From the NCBI GenBank assembly GCA_964291655.2, contig OZ219802.1:1632001-1696000 (forward strand): a stretch of DNA of 64,000 bases. The letters are read 5' to 3'. The notes beneath the pieces are model-generated. The model searched no databases. It saw only the letters and a program-made list of their open reading frames with translations, and was not told the DNA's origin. Below are positions 49,606 through 60,267 of this stretch, piece by piece; the first letter of the stretch is position 1; each line of letters opens with the position of its first letter. The position numbers and the translations under genes are program-made. The DNA is from Chloroflexota bacterium (GTDB lineage Bacteria; Chloroflexota; UBA11872; VXOZ01).

Positions 49606-49878
49606 ATGGACTATGAGTTCTTCGGCACACTTGCTGCAATTATTGTTGCCTCCGTTGCGGTTTTCACGTTTCTTCTAAGCATAAAGAATGAAATACGGGA
49701 AGACCTTAGGGACGTGCGGAAAGACATGCGGGAGATGCGCGAGGACATGCGGGAGATGCGGGAAGACATCCGCGGCCTTCGCAACAGCGTGGAAAGTCTG
49801 AGCGAGCGGGTAGCGCGCATTGAAGGCCTCATCATTAGGCCGCGAGAGCTGCAAACACACCAGGAAAGTACGGATTAG
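49606..49878 (+). CDS. Small protein with N-terminal TM helix and heptad-repeat coiled coil
   Basis: Hydrophobic N-terminus, repeats DLRDVRK-DMREMRE-DMREMRE-DIRGLRN, RVARIEG; SD AGGAG; promoter TTGCAG-17-TACACT at 49511-49539. Confidence 0.75.
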   Translation: MDYEFFGTLAAIIVASVAVFTFLLSIKNEIREDLRDVRKDMREMREDMREMREDIRGLRNSVESLSERVARIEGLIIRPRELQTHQESTD

Positions 49879-50082
49879 CAAGAGGGTGTAGTGTCAGACC
49901 GCTCCTCGTTGCGGGTAGGCAGAATCTCTACGCTAGAACAGCTCTGCACCGTGAAAACAATTCGATCCGAAAGGTAACTGAGCTTGTTGCCCGGGCGCAT
50001 GTGGCGGCTATTCAGGTCCCGCAAGCTGCAAATTGAGCTCTTTTGAGGTACACCGCGACCGAAAGACGCGAGAAGATCAATT

Positions 50083-50139
50083 AAAGAAAAATGACGGAGG
50101 ATAGGATCAAATAAAATCCATTCTCCGTCTCTTTTTTTT
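50083..50139. terminator. Bidirectional intrinsic terminator
   Basis: AAAGAAAAA-TGACGGAGGAT...ATTCTCCGTC-TCTTTTTTTT between convergent units. Confidence 0.75.
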
Positions 50140-50264
50140 GTCACCGTGGCACATGCCAGTAATGAATGTTCTGCCTACGAAACGGCACGACCGAGCCACC
50201 AGCCGGCTTCGGTCAGCAAGCGATCACCACAACAATGCGCGTTTGAACGGCGCTTTCCCGCCCT

Positions 50265-51146
50265 CTAGCCGAAGCGGCCGGTAATGTACGCCTCGGTGCG
50301 CTCGTCCGTGGGATTTGTGAAGAGGTCGGTGGTGGGGCCGAACTCGATGAGCTTGCCCCGGGCTGTGTCGTCGGAGAGCATGAAGGCCGTGTAGTCGGAG
50401 ACGCGGGCGGCCTGCTGCATGTTGTGGGTAACAATGATGATGGTGAAGTCCTTGGCAAGCTCGCGCATGAGGTCTTCGATCTTCAGCGTGGCGATAGGGT
50501 CCAGCGCGGAGCACGGCTCATCCATGAGCAGCACTTCAGGAGAGACCGCGATGGCGCGGGCGATGCAGAGGCGTTGCTGCTGACCGCCGGAAAGCGCGAG
50601 TCCGCTCTGCTTCAGGTCGTGATTGACCTCATCCCAGAGGGCAGCACCGCGCAGCGCCGCTTCCACCAGTTCATCTTCGTCGGCTTGATAGCCATTCACG
50701 CGCGCGCCGAAGAGGATGTTGTCGCGGATCGAGCGCGGGAACGGGTTCGGCTTCTGGAAGACCATGCCGATGCGCCGCCGCACCTCAACCGGGTCCACCG
50801 TATCCGCGTAGATTTCCGTGCCTTCCAACAGCACGTTGCCTTGAGTACGCACGCCGCCGATGAGTTCATTCATGCGGTTGACCCCACGCAGCAGCGTGCT
50901 CTTGCCGCAGCCGGAGGGACCGATGACGGCCGTGATCTTCTTGCGCGGAAACCTGATGGAGACGTCAGTAACGGCCTGGAAATCCCCGTACCAAAGACTG
51001 AAGTTATTCACTTCAACGGCCGGATCGGGAATCTCCATTGGAGAGTCCTCCGGCAATTCCGCAGGGGCAGGTTGCGTCACCACAGCTTCGACAGTGCTTT
51101 CTTCCGCATAGGTCTTCTTTAATGGCACCTTTATCATACTGTTCAT
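50265..51146 (-). CDS. pstB: Phosphate ABC transporter ATPase
   Basis: [48 protein letters not shown]. Confidence 0.97.
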   Translation of the reverse strand: MNSMIKVPLKKTYAEESTVEAVVTQPAPAELPEDSPMEIPDPAVEVNNFSLWYGDFQAVTDVSIRFPRKKITAVIGPSGCGKSTLLRGVNRMNELIGGVRTQGNVLLEGTEIYADTVDPVEVRRRIGMVFQKPNPFPRSIRDNILFGARVNGYQADEDELVEAALRGAALWDEVNHDLKQSGLALSGGQQQRLCIARAIAVSPEVLLMDEPCSALDPIATLKIEDLMRELAKDFTIIIVTHNMQQAARVSDYTAFMLSDDTARGKLIEFGPTTDLFTNPTDERTEAYITGRFG

Positions 51147-51159
51147 CCCCTCCCCTGGG

Positions 51160-52056
51160 CTAATATTTAGTGCGGAGTCGTTGACGCAGATAGATTGCTA
51201 CGGAGTTTAGCGCAATGAGTACGACGAGCAGGACAATGATGCCGGCTGCCGCCAATTCATGGAATTCCGACTGTGCGCGTGAGACCCAGTTGAAAATCTG
51301 AATCGGCAACACGGTAAAGCGATCAAGCGGATGTTCAGGGAGAAACGGAACGAACGTCAGGGCGCCGATGGTAATGAGCGGCGCGGTTTCGCCGATGGCG
51401 CGCGCCGCCGCCAGAATGGCGCCGGTGAGCATGCCGGGCAGGGCATACGGCAAGACGTGGTGGCGTACGGTCTCCCACTTGGAAGCGCCAAGCGCAAAAG
51501 AAGCTTCCCGCATGCTTGGCGGCACGGCGCGTATCGCCTCGCGGGAAGCGACGATGATGATGGGTAGGATAAGCAGCGCCATGGTGCATGAACCGGCCAG
51601 CACGCTGCGTCCCATCTCCATCCAACGCACGAACACCTGCAGGCCAAGCAATCCGTACACGATAGAGGGCACCCCGGCCAAGTTGGCAATGTTCACCTGA
51701 ATAAACTGGGTAAACCAGTTATCGCCGGCATATTCTTCCAGGTAGATTGCCGACATAACTCCAATGGGCACGGCGAGCAGCATGGTAAAGAGCATCATAT
51801 AGAGCGTGCCAAAGAGTGCCGCCTTAATCCCGGCACGTTCCGGGAAGCGCGAGTCGAAGCTGGTAAAGAACTGCCAGTCCAGCCAACCGGTGCTCTGAAT
51901 AATGACGTCTGCCAGAAGCACAACCAGAGTAACAACGCCGAGCAGCACGCTCAGCAGGCCCAACACCACGAAAAAGTGGGCCTTGATGCGCCGCCATTGC
52001 ATGCTGGCATTGAAGATTGGCTCGCTGCGGCCAACCGTTCGGGTGTCTTCAGACAT
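51160..52056 (-). CDS. pstA: Phosphate ABC permease
   Basis: [29 protein letters not shown]. Confidence 0.96.
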   Translation of the reverse strand: MSEDTRTVGRSEPIFNASMQWRRIKAHFFVVLGLLSVLLGVVTLVVLLADVIIQSTGWLDWQFFTSFDSRFPERAGIKAALFGTLYMMLFTMLLAVPIGVMSAIYLEEYAGDNWFTQFIQVNIANLAGVPSIVYGLLGLQVFVRWMEMGRSVLAGSCTMALLILPIIIVASREAIRAVPPSMREASFALGASKWETVRHHVLPYALPGMLTGAILAAARAIGETAPLITIGALTFVPFLPEHPLDRFTVLPIQIFNWVSRAQSEFHELAAAGIIVLLVVLIALNSVAIYLRQRLRTKY

Positions 52057-52997
52057 TAGTCGTACTCCTCCCGGAACCGGCGCACAAACCAGTGAGCGAA
52101 GATGTTCATGGCAAAGGTCAAGATGAAGAGCATGGTACCCACGGCAAAGATCGTGCGATATTCAAGCGAGGCAAACGGCGTGTCTCCCAGGCTTACCTGC
52201 ACAATGTACGCAGTCATCGTCTCTATCGGCACGCGGGGGTCCAGCGTGAATGTGGGGTTTTGGCCCGCCGCGATAGAGACAATCATGGTTTCGCCAACCG
52301 CGCGTGAGAGCGCCAACACTGCCGAGGCCACGATGCCGGAGAGCGCCGCCGGAACCACGACTTGGGTAGCCACCTCAAAGCGGGTCGCTCCCAAACCGTA
52401 CGCCCCTTCACGCAATGCCTGCGGCACGGCGCCGATGGAATCCTCGCTCAAGGAGGCTACCATCGGAATAATCATGACGCCCATCACGATGCCGGCACTA
52501 AGTGCATTGAAGATGCGCAATCCCGGAATGAACTCCTGCAGGATTGGCGTTACCAACGTCAGGGCGAAGTAGCCGTAAACGACGGTGGGCACACCGGCGA
52601 GTACCTCAAGCACGGGCTTGACGACGTCGCGTACCCGCGGTCGAGCAAATTCGCTGAGGTAGATTGCGATGAGCAGGCCGGTGGGGATAGCCACCGCCAG
52701 CGCGATGAAGGCAACAAGCGCGGTAGCGGTGACCAGCGGCCAGATCCCAAACTTCTTTATTGAGAAGAGTGGGGTCCACTCGGTCTCGGTGAGAAACTCG
52801 AAGATTGAAACTTCTCTGAAGAAGAACAACGTCTCTCCCATGAGCGAGAAGAGGATGCCGAGGGTCGTAACGATAGAGAGCGTTGCCGTTGCCATGAGCG
52901 CATAGCGTATGGCTTCCTCTTTCAAGTTGCGGCTCGCCCGTTTGCTCATGTCGTTGCGCGACGGATAGTGCGAGAACGGGGATACGTCCTCTGCCAT
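52056..52997 (-). CDS. pstC: Phosphate ABC permease
   Basis: [30 protein letters not shown]. Confidence 0.96.
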   Translation of the reverse strand: MAEDVSPFSHYPSRNDMSKRASRNLKEEAIRYALMATATLSIVTTLGILFSLMGETLFFFREVSIFEFLTETEWTPLFSIKKFGIWPLVTATALVAFIALAVAIPTGLLIAIYLSEFARPRVRDVVKPVLEVLAGVPTVVYGYFALTLVTPILQEFIPGLRIFNALSAGIVMGVMIIPMVASLSEDSIGAVPQALREGAYGLGATRFEVATQVVVPAALSGIVASAVLALSRAVGETMIVSIAAGQNPTFTLDPRVPIETMTAYIVQVSLGDTPFASLEYRTIFAVGTMLFILTFAMNIFAHWFVRRFREEYD

Positions 52998-53106
52998 CGG
53001 AGCTCCTCTCTTCACAACTGCCAACATCATGCAGTTGCTGCGTTACGATTCAACTGTTTTCGAAGGCTGGCTTCTCACCAGGCGCAACGTGGCGGGTGAG
53101 CCAGCC

Positions 53107-53135
53107 CCGGCACTCTCCGCGCGGGAGAGTGCCGG
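53107..53135. other. GC-rich hairpin between pstS and pstC (likely mRNA stabiliser or attenuator)
   Basis: CCGGCACTCTCC-GCGCG-GGAGAGTGCCGG. Confidence 0.55.
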
Positions 53136-53202
53136 TAGCGTGTCTTCAATTGGATTGGTGTACGCCGCAGTAACGCTGCTTGCTTTGCGGCGAAGACGGC
53201 TC

Positions 53203-54258
53203 TTACTGCATGTAGCGGTCGAGCGATGCGCCGACCTCAGCGCCGTTCGGCCACAACGTGCCGGTGACGCGATCAGCGAAGCGCTGGGTAAGCGCCTCGT
53301 AGAGTTCGCGGGAGAGCTGCACGTAGCCAACCTCGGGACTGGAAATCAGGGGCGTGAACTCACTGCTGAGATAGTACTTGACGAACGCATCCACCTCAGG
53401 ACGCTCTGCCGCGTCTTTCCGCACATATATGAAGATCGGGCGGCTCAGCGGCTGGTAGCTGCCGTCGGCGACCGTTGCGAAGGACGGTCCCACGCACGTG
53501 CCGTTACCGGAGTCAATTGGGACGGCCTTGACTTTATCGGTGTTTTCCACGTAGTAGGAGAGACCGAAGTAGCCGATGGCGCTCTTGCTGCCGGAGACGC
53601 CGGTCACGAGCACGTTGTCGTCCTCGCTGGCCTGGAAGTCGCCGCGGCTGGACTGGGCCTCGCCGACGATGGCCTCGGTGAAGTAGTCGAACGTACCGCT
53701 ATCCACGCCGGGGGCGAAGAGGTCCAGCGGCATATCCGGGAAGCTATCACGAATCTGATTCCAGTTCGTGACTTCGCCCTGCGCTGCCGGTTCCCACATC
53801 TTCTTCAGTTCGTCCACCGTCAGGCAGTCCACCCAGTCGTTCTCGGGGTTGACGACCACGGTGAGGCCGTCGTAGGCAACCGGAATCTCGATGAAATCAA
53901 ATCCGGCGGCAGTTACCGCCTCCATCTCGGAGGGCTTGATGGGCCGCGAAGCGTCCGATATGTCAGTCTCGCCGGCGGCAAACTTCTTGAAGCCGCCGCC
54001 CGTGCCGGAGACACCTACGCTCACGCGCACGCCGTTATGCATGATGCTGAATTCTTCGGCAGCGGCCATGGTGATGGGGAAGACCGTGCTGGAGCCATCG
54101 ATGATGATGTCTCCTTTCAGTTCATCACTCTCGCCAGCCAGTCCATCAGTCTCGCCAGCGCCGGTATCTGCTCCGCACGCGGCCAGCAGGGCAAAGCCTG
54201 CCACGCCTGCCGCGGCAAAAGTGAACCGTCGTCTGCTCATCCGAAGCGGTGCTGTCAT
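53203..54258 (-). CDS. pstS: Phosphate-binding lipoprotein (Tat signal)
   Basis: [42 protein letters not shown]. Confidence 0.96.
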   Translation of the reverse strand: MTAPLRMSRRRFTFAAAGVAGFALLAACGADTGAGETDGLAGESDELKGDIIIDGSSTVFPITMAAAEEFSIMHNGVRVSVGVSGTGGGFKKFAAGETDISDASRPIKPSEMEAVTAAGFDFIEIPVAYDGLTVVVNPENDWVDCLTVDELKKMWEPAAQGEVTNWNQIRDSFPDMPLDLFAPGVDSGTFDYFTEAIVGEAQSSRGDFQASEDDNVLVTGVSGSKSAIGYFGLSYYVENTDKVKAVPIDSGNGTCVGPSFATVADGSYQPLSRPIFIYVRKDAAERPEVDAFVKYYLSSEFTPLISSPEVGYVQLSRELYEALTQRFADRVTGTLWPNGAEVGASLDRYMQ

Positions 54259-54454
54259 TTCATTCCTCCCATTCTTGGTGCGACAGCAGTCTGTCCCTTC
54301 GCGCCCGCCAACCGAACGTGCTGCACTCCCCTTCTCCTCGTCTCGCCGTGGGCAGGGAGGATGCCACCCTGTGCAACCCTACTCCGGTGAACGCGGGCAT
54401 GGAACAAAGTTCTTCTCTCAACAGTGAGGAAAAGTATCACGGGCTCCGAATTGC

Positions 54455-54493
54455 GGTCAACGCACAGTTGGGCCATGTTAACAATCAGATAAA
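54455..54493 (-). promoter_or_regulatory. Possible Pho-box-like direct repeats upstream of pstS
   Basis: Minus strand TTATCT, TTAACA, CCAACT, TTGACC at 10-11 bp periodicity. Confidence 0.35.
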
Positions 54494-55054
54494 GATGCAT
54501 ACATTGTTGCTATGACTGGGAAAGAGCGGCTTTGGCGAACTCAACCCACGCTTTCCTCTATCCCCTCTAGCTGGCGCAGTGCAAGGCAGTGAGCGGCCTG
54601 CTGTGTTTGGCGCGTGAGAGAAGGAGAGTTAATCAAATGTTCACATTGTGTCTACGTTGCGTACATACGGCGCCGCCGCACGAGATGGATGGGCCGCGCA
54701 ACAATGCTATTGCGCTCCCATTGGCACTGCCGGCATGCAGCGAGGTAGGCTGACTTCCCATAGAGGCACGAACGGTAGGGGCGGTTCGCGTGGGGATAGA
54801 GTTCTGCCGCACTCTCGATAATAAGTCATCCAGTGTGCGTGAATGGTAAGCGACCACTGGTTCGCAGACTGTAGCGGAATTCTTGAATGGACGACGTAAA
54901 GAGGGGGGAGGGGGCAACCTGAAGTTGGCAGTTGCCGCAGGCATCGGCTGTCCCGTGGAGTGGGAAGAAGGAATAGTCGACCTGCGGCATGTTACTCCGG
55001 CGGAATCCGGAGTTCGGTAACTGGTGAAGACAGATTCCGGCTTCTGCCGGAATC

Positions 55055-55582
55055 GTAGCTTTCAGGAAAGTGGTTTACAGATTTGATAGAAGAATCACGG
55101 GAGCAATTCTCTGCGCTTGCCTGCATACATGTCATTCCGAACGAAGCGCAACGAAGAGAGGAATCTAGTGTGCTGAAGCCGTTAAAGTGCGTTGAGCAGG
55201 GACCCTAGATTCCTCGCTCCGCTCGGAATGACATGACCTGTCAACACTGCCAATTTGGGAGAGAATTCTGTCAACGAATTACTCAACACTTACAATTCCG
55301 AGCGAAGCCTCGAACCCTGTTCGCGGAATCTAGGGCCCATGCAACGTGTCGCCCAATAGGCTCAACATCTTAGATTCCGCGCTCCGTTCGGAATGACATG
55401 TGTACTGTTCAAGTAGAGTACTGCGTTCAGCTGCTTTTGTTCTCAAATCTGTCAACGAATTACCTGACATTTACAGGAATGACATGTACGTTCGACAGAG
55501 TCCAGTGAGTAGAGGTTTTTGTAAACGAATTACTCAACAAATACAGGAATGACATGAACGGTCAACACTTTCAGGAATGACA
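55055..55582. mobile_element. Stack of nested family-A MITE ends and GTCATTCCG REPs
   Basis: ...TACA ends at 55294, 55475 and 55545, each followed by ATTCC or GGAAT; segments match 4958-5211, 18338-18605 and 23702-23956. Confidence 0.75.
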
Positions 55583-55642
55583 ATTTGAAAGTTCTCAGGC
55601 CTCAGACGCTGTATCTAAAGCGCGCTGGCAAGTCCCGTTCGC

Positions 55643-56629
55643 TCAGGACTGCGCGAGCCCATCCACCAGCGCTACGACTGCTTTGCCCAAGCCCTCCAGG
55701 TCGTAGCCGCCTTCCTGGACCGCGAGAAGCGGCACGGAGAGCGCCGCAAGCTGTTCGCCAATGGCCTGATAGCACTCATCGTTGAGAGAGAAGGCGCCGA
55801 CGGGATCGCCGGCACGGGTGTCGAACCCACTTGAGAGGATGAGATAGGCAGGAGCAAACCAGGCGATCTTCTCCAGGGCCTGAGAGAAGGCTTCTAGAAA
55901 GGCGTCATTCTGGGTGAACATGGGCAGGGGCAGATTGAGGTTGAAGTTTTCGCCCGCGCCCGTGCCGGTCTCTTCCGGCCAGCCGCTAAAGCGCGGGTAC
56001 GCCCAGGCGGGATGGCCGTGCAAGCTCACATACAGCACCTCGTCGGTGTCGTAGAAGATGTCCTGCGTGCCGTTGCCGTGGTGGAAGTCGATGTCGAGTA
56101 CGGCGACGCGGCCGTGTTCTTTGAGAACGTTGGCAGCCACCGCCGCGTGATTGATGTAGCAATAGCCGCCGTATTTGTAGCGGCCCGCATGGTGCCCCGG
56201 CGGGCGCTCCAAGGCATAGACACAGGGCGTTCCGCCTCGCAGCATTTCGGCGCCGGTGAGCACCACACACGACGCCAGCCACGCCTTTTCCAGCGTATTC
56301 GCCGCCAGCGGTGTGTCGGGACTGATGGTGTACGGCGTCTCCAGCACGGAGCCGTCATCAGACTCGGCGAGGCGGGTCGTGGTCTGCTCGAGGAACGAGA
56401 GAAGACTCTCATCATGCACTTCGGCGGCGAACTCAAACGGGAACATGCTCGGCTCCACGAAGCTTCCGGCGTGCCCCGCCTGCTGCAAGGCTTTTGCCAT
56501 CACTTCGACGCGCTCCGGCACCTCCGGATGATCCACGACAACATTGTAGGAAAGCTCGATGCGCGGCACGTGGGGTTGATGCAGCGGCGTGTAGATGATA
56601 GGAATTGTACGGCGCTGGGTGCGGGTCAT
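55643..56629 (-). CDS. Histone deacetylase family / acetylpolyamine amidohydrolase
   Basis: HPEVPER, RPPGHHA, GGYCYIN, LDIDFHHGNGTQ, SLHG, GFD, QEGGY. Confidence 0.93.
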   Translation of the reverse strand: MTRTQRRTIPIIYTPLHQPHVPRIELSYNVVVDHPEVPERVEVMAKALQQAGHAGSFVEPSMFPFEFAAEVHDESLLSFLEQTTTRLAESDDGSVLETPYTISPDTPLAANTLEKAWLASCVVLTGAEMLRGGTPCVYALERPPGHHAGRYKYGGYCYINHAAVAANVLKEHGRVAVLDIDFHHGNGTQDIFYDTDEVLYVSLHGHPAWAYPRFSGWPEETGTGAGENFNLNLPLPMFTQNDAFLEAFSQALEKIAWFAPAYLILSSGFDTRAGDPVGAFSLNDECYQAIGEQLAALSVPLLAVQEGGYDLEGLGKAVVALVDGLAQS

Positions 56630-56655
56630 AATAGCAGGTGCATTTTCTGAATGAG

Positions 56656-57945
56656 CTAGGTGGAGCCGACGGCGTAGGGTCGTAGTGCCGGCCAGTACTT
56701 GCGCGGAAGCGTGCCTTCGATCACGGTGCCGTCGGCACGGTGTTGCTCGCGGCGAATGCTGCCCCGCTGGTGGAAGAGGCTGACCAAGCGCCCCTCTTGG
56801 TAAGGGATGCGCACGTGCACGTCTACCGAAAGCTGCGCGTTTAATGTGTTTGCCACCGTATCCAAAAGAGTCTCCAGTCCGTCCCCTTCACGGGCGGAAA
56901 CGAACACAGGCTTGGGGTGATCCGCCGGATTCGGCGCGAGTCCCTCAAGCCGGTCGATCTTGTTGAGGACCGTGATGGTGGGCTTATCCTCAATGCCAAG
57001 TTCGGCCAAGGTCTCGTAGACCGCCGCTACTTGGCGCTCGGACTGCGGATGGCTGACGTCCACAACGTGCAGCAGGATGTCGGCGGCCAGGATCTCTTCG
57101 AGCGTCGCGCGAAATGCCGCTATGAGCATGGGCGGCAAATGGCGGATGAAACCCACGGTGTCGCTGAATACCACTTCCAGTCCGTTAGGCAGCTTTACGC
57201 GGCGTGTGGTGGGATCCAAGGTGGCAAAGAGCTTATCCTCAGCCAGCACGCCGGCCTGTGTCACGGCATTCAGCAACGTGCTCTTGCCGGAGTTCGTATA
57301 ACCGACGAGCGATGCCACCGGAATGTCGTTCACCGTACGCCGGGCTCGTTGGCGAGCGCGCCGGGCGCGCACCGCTTCGAGTCGCGACCGCAAGTGTGAG
57401 AGCCGTTGGCGGATGAGCCGCCGGTCCGACTCAATCTGCGTCTCGCCGGGGCCGCGGGTGCCAATGCCCGCGCCGAGACGCGAGAATTCTACCCAGAGCG
57501 TGGAGAGCCGCGGGAGCAGATACGTGAGTTGCGCCATCTCGACCTGCAGCTTGCCCTCGGTGGTCTGAGCGCGCGTGGCGAAGATGTCAAGGATGAGCGC
57601 CGTGCGGTCGAGTACCTTGACGTCAAGCTTCTTTTCAAGGTTGCGCTGTTGACTGGGCGTGAGGTCGTTATCGAAAATGACCAGGTCGTAGGCCTGCTCG
57701 TACCGCAGCGCCTTTATTTCCTCCACCTTGCCCTTGCCAATGAAGGTTGCCGGGTCCGGTTTACGCCGCCGCTGGTAGTACGTGTCGACGACGATGGCGC
57801 CGGCGGTGCGGGCGAGGCTGGTGAGCTCCTGCAGGGATTCCTGCACCGGCCATTGCTCGGAATCATTGCCGAGCGCGACGCAGACGAGTACCGCGCGTTC
57901 CGACCCACGCTCCGTGCCAACACTGTGCTGAGAGAAATCAAGCAA
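56656..57945 (-). CDS. hflX: GTPase HflX
   Basis: [49 protein letters not shown]; TTG start inferred. Confidence 0.96.
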   Translation of the reverse strand: MLDFSQHSVGTERGSERAVLVCVALGNDSEQWPVQESLQELTSLARTAGAIVVDTYYQRRRKPDPATFIGKGKVEEIKALRYEQAYDLVIFDNDLTPSQQRNLEKKLDVKVLDRTALILDIFATRAQTTEGKLQVEMAQLTYLLPRLSTLWVEFSRLGAGIGTRGPGETQIESDRRLIRQRLSHLRSRLEAVRARRARQRARRTVNDIPVASLVGYTNSGKSTLLNAVTQAGVLAEDKLFATLDPTTRRVKLPNGLEVVFSDTVGFIRHLPPMLIAAFRATLEEILAADILLHVVDVSHPQSERQVAAVYETLAELGIEDKPTITVLNKIDRLEGLAPNPADHPKPVFVSAREGDGLETLLDTVANTLNAQLSVDVHVRIPYQEGRLVSLFHQRGSIRREQHRADGTVIEGTLPRKYWPALRPYAVGST

Positions 57946-58558
57946 TAACTGTGCCTCTGCAAACGAGTCTGTGCCCACATTGTACCATAGAAATCTCGAC
58001 CATTGAGCGGTTAACCGACGAGCCGGGGGAAGACCTGAAAGGCAGTTAGCCGCATCGTGCACTCTATTCTGCCTAGGATCGAGAATTCATTTCTCCTTGC
58101 AGATCTCTGCATTGCTCTGGTCAGCGGCGCGAGGATTGCTTCTTCTCGCTCGAATGAGGGCCGGGGGTGAGAGGAAGCCGGCGCCAATCCAGCCCGAGGT
58201 CAGCTATTCGGTAAGGATTCGCGGAGAATTCCATCGGTCCAGAAATGCGGGGGACAAGCCCCCGCGCTACTTTGACTTGCCGATGCTCAGCCTAATGGGC
58301 GCCGTGCCGCCCACGGGCGGCATTGCATGCTGAACCCAGTGCAGATGCTGCCCATGGAGGTATGCAACAATCTTTAAGTAGCTAAGGCTGCCTTGCGGCA
58401 GCCTTGCGCCCTTTCGCCGAAGCATCCAGGGGGTGTACGAACTTTCAAAAGCCGATTCAGGTGACGGTTGCCAACCAGCAGTTGCCATTGCGCAAGCAAG
58501 GCTCAATGTGCCTGCAAGAAAGCGTACCAGGACTTTGGCGGAGACAGCTTCCCTGCCG

Positions 58559-59242
58559 TTAAGATTCTTCCGCCTCTTCCCCTTCGGCGTCCATGACGAA
58601 GGTCACGCCAAGGTCCATGAGCTCTTTGAAGGCTTCTGCGAGGCGCAGGAGGCTCTGCCCCTTGGTGGTTAACCTGTACTCGTGGCGTCGACCGAGAAGG
58701 CCGAAGAAGATGGTCTTCTCTTCGTCGGCGAGACAGTCCTGCTCGACGAGGGACATGACCGCCTTCGTTTCCAACTCAGGGGCAGGAGTGCGGGCAATGT
58801 CACGATCCGTCACGATAGCCTGGAACTTGCTCAAGGCGTCAATGCCGCGGCGATCGAGCAACTCTACGACGGATGGCTCCAGAATCGCGCGCACCGTGAT
58901 GGCAAATTCCTCGCGCGTGCGCTCAGCGTTGCGGCCCGCCTGGTAGCGGAAGATGTCATGGTAGCCGGGGAGCATGAGCGACGGAGCGATATAGTCCGGC
59001 GTCACGTCGAATGTGGTGCCGCGGGTGCGGCTCTCGTGCTTGATCCCAAATCCAAGCTGAGTGAGCCGTCCTAAGCTCTCCTCCTGCACGCGCGTGGGGC
59101 TAAACTCCTGCCCTTTCATCGTGCGCCGCGCGGACTGATAGAGAATATCGATGTGCTGGTCACCCAAGTCTCGCGCATACATCTCGCGCACCTGTGTGAT
59201 AAGTTCGTCAACCCTTAATTGTTTCGCCATGTCGACAGCCAT
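58559..59242 (-). CDS. Hypothetical protein, possible tandem winged-helix
   Basis: Coding-like ORF; YRLTTKG wing-like end; promoter TTGACG-17-TAGCGT at 59359-59331. Confidence 0.7.
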   Translation of the reverse strand: MAVDMAKQLRVDELITQVREMYARDLGDQHIDILYQSARRTMKGQEFSPTRVQEESLGRLTQLGFGIKHESRTRGTTFDVTPDYIAPSLMLPGYHDIFRYQAGRNAERTREEFAITVRAILEPSVVELLDRRGIDALSKFQAIVTDRDIARTPAPELETKAVMSLVEQDCLADEEKTIFFGLLGRRHEYRLTTKGQSLLRLAEAFKELMDLGVTFVMDAEGEEAEES

Positions 59243-59559
59243 GAGCGCCCTCTCTTCCGTTGTCGCTATCCACCGAATGCACGAATTCTGACTATGACTA
59301 TACTACCGCTAGATCGAATATTCTGCACACACGCTACCATGCGTATGGGCGAGCGTCAAGCAGTGCAATTTGGTTCATCTCTGTAGAAATATCCAGGACA
59401 AGAGTTGGCAAGGAGATTTTTCTCTGGTAGGATTAGTACGCTCACAAGGCACAAGTGGGCTTAGTTACCTAGGGCAGGCCGTGAGGCCGCAGTGCCAGTG
59501 CTCAATGGCGCCTGCTGGCATCCTATATCTTGCAGAGAACCTCGCAGAGGGTAGCACTG

Positions 59560-60261
59560 GTGCAATCGCTATCGCGCCGTCTTCTATTGAAGTACGCCGG
59601 GCTCTTCGTCCCCGCCAGCAAACTCGCCCCGCGTGAGCTCCCGCTTCCCGCTGAGCAAGAACCCATCTACCAGCTTCCCTTCAATACCCCGCCGGGACCG
59701 AGCACCTGGTACGTGGCGCAGTGGTATGGGAATACGAACCTGGCACACCGCTTCCGCCACACCGTCTATCGGGAAGGGCAGGGGATTCATTTCGGCATCG
59801 ACTTTGCCTGCCCGTGCGATACTGAGATAAGGGCGATCGGCGACGGCGTGGTGATCGGCGCGGACGACCTCTCCTTTGGCGCGGGTCCCCATAACGCGAT
59901 CGTGCTGCACCCCAACGGTGACCTCTCGTTGTACGGACATCTGCGCCGGTTTCCGGCAGTTCCTGCCGGCGGCTCGGTGCAAGCGGGCGATCTCATCGGC
60001 TACTCGGGTGACTGGCTCGATAACGTGGCTTGCTTAGCTGCGCCCCATCTGCACCTGGAAATTCGACGGCCAGACCGCACCCGCGCGGTCAATCCGGCGC
60101 TCTTGATCAAGGCTGATTGGCACAATGCGGTATTGGGCCGTTTCCTCGGCTTTGTCAAAGACCTCGATGATCCGCGCCGTTGGCAAATTATCGAAGATCA
60201 GCCGGACACGCTATTCGGCGGGCGCATTCTCAATGACTACGCCCGTCTTTGGATGCGTTAA
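59560..60261 (+). CDS. M23 family metallopeptidase
   Basis: HFGIDF (HxxxD), SLYGHL, PHLHLEIR. Confidence 0.9.
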   Translation: MQSLSRRLLLKYAGLFVPASKLAPRELPLPAEQEPIYQLPFNTPPGPSTWYVAQWYGNTNLAHRFRHTVYREGQGIHFGIDFACPCDTEIRAIGDGVVIGADDLSFGAGPHNAIVLHPNGDLSLYGHLRRFPAVPAGGSVQAGDLIGYSGDWLDNVACLAAPHLHLEIRRPDRTRAVNPALLIKADWHNAVLGRFLGFVKDLDDPRRWQIIEDQPDTLFGGRILNDYARLWMR

Positions 60262-60267
60262 GGCGCT

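Noticed and set aside
49955-50025. Slight resemblance to raiA-motif or c-di-AMP riboswitch cores (CGATCC, GAAAGG, GCATG..GCGGC)
   Set aside because: Other conserved segments were not found; left as an unassigned candidate RNA
53029-54390. 453-aa ORF over pstS, and many long antisense ORFs (e.g. 5437-6426, 26605-27606, 33364-34401, 46108-47202)
   Set aside because: Shadow frames of well-supported genes in GC-rich DNA; no motifs
54638-54753. SD-like AAGGAGAG followed by a short ORF (MFTLCLRC...)
   Set aside because: No codon bias, motif or supporting promoter/terminator
55290-55582. Repeated GGAATGACA with variable intervening DNA as a CRISPR-like array
   Set aside because: Spacing is irregular and the intervening segments match MITE ends elsewhere in the window
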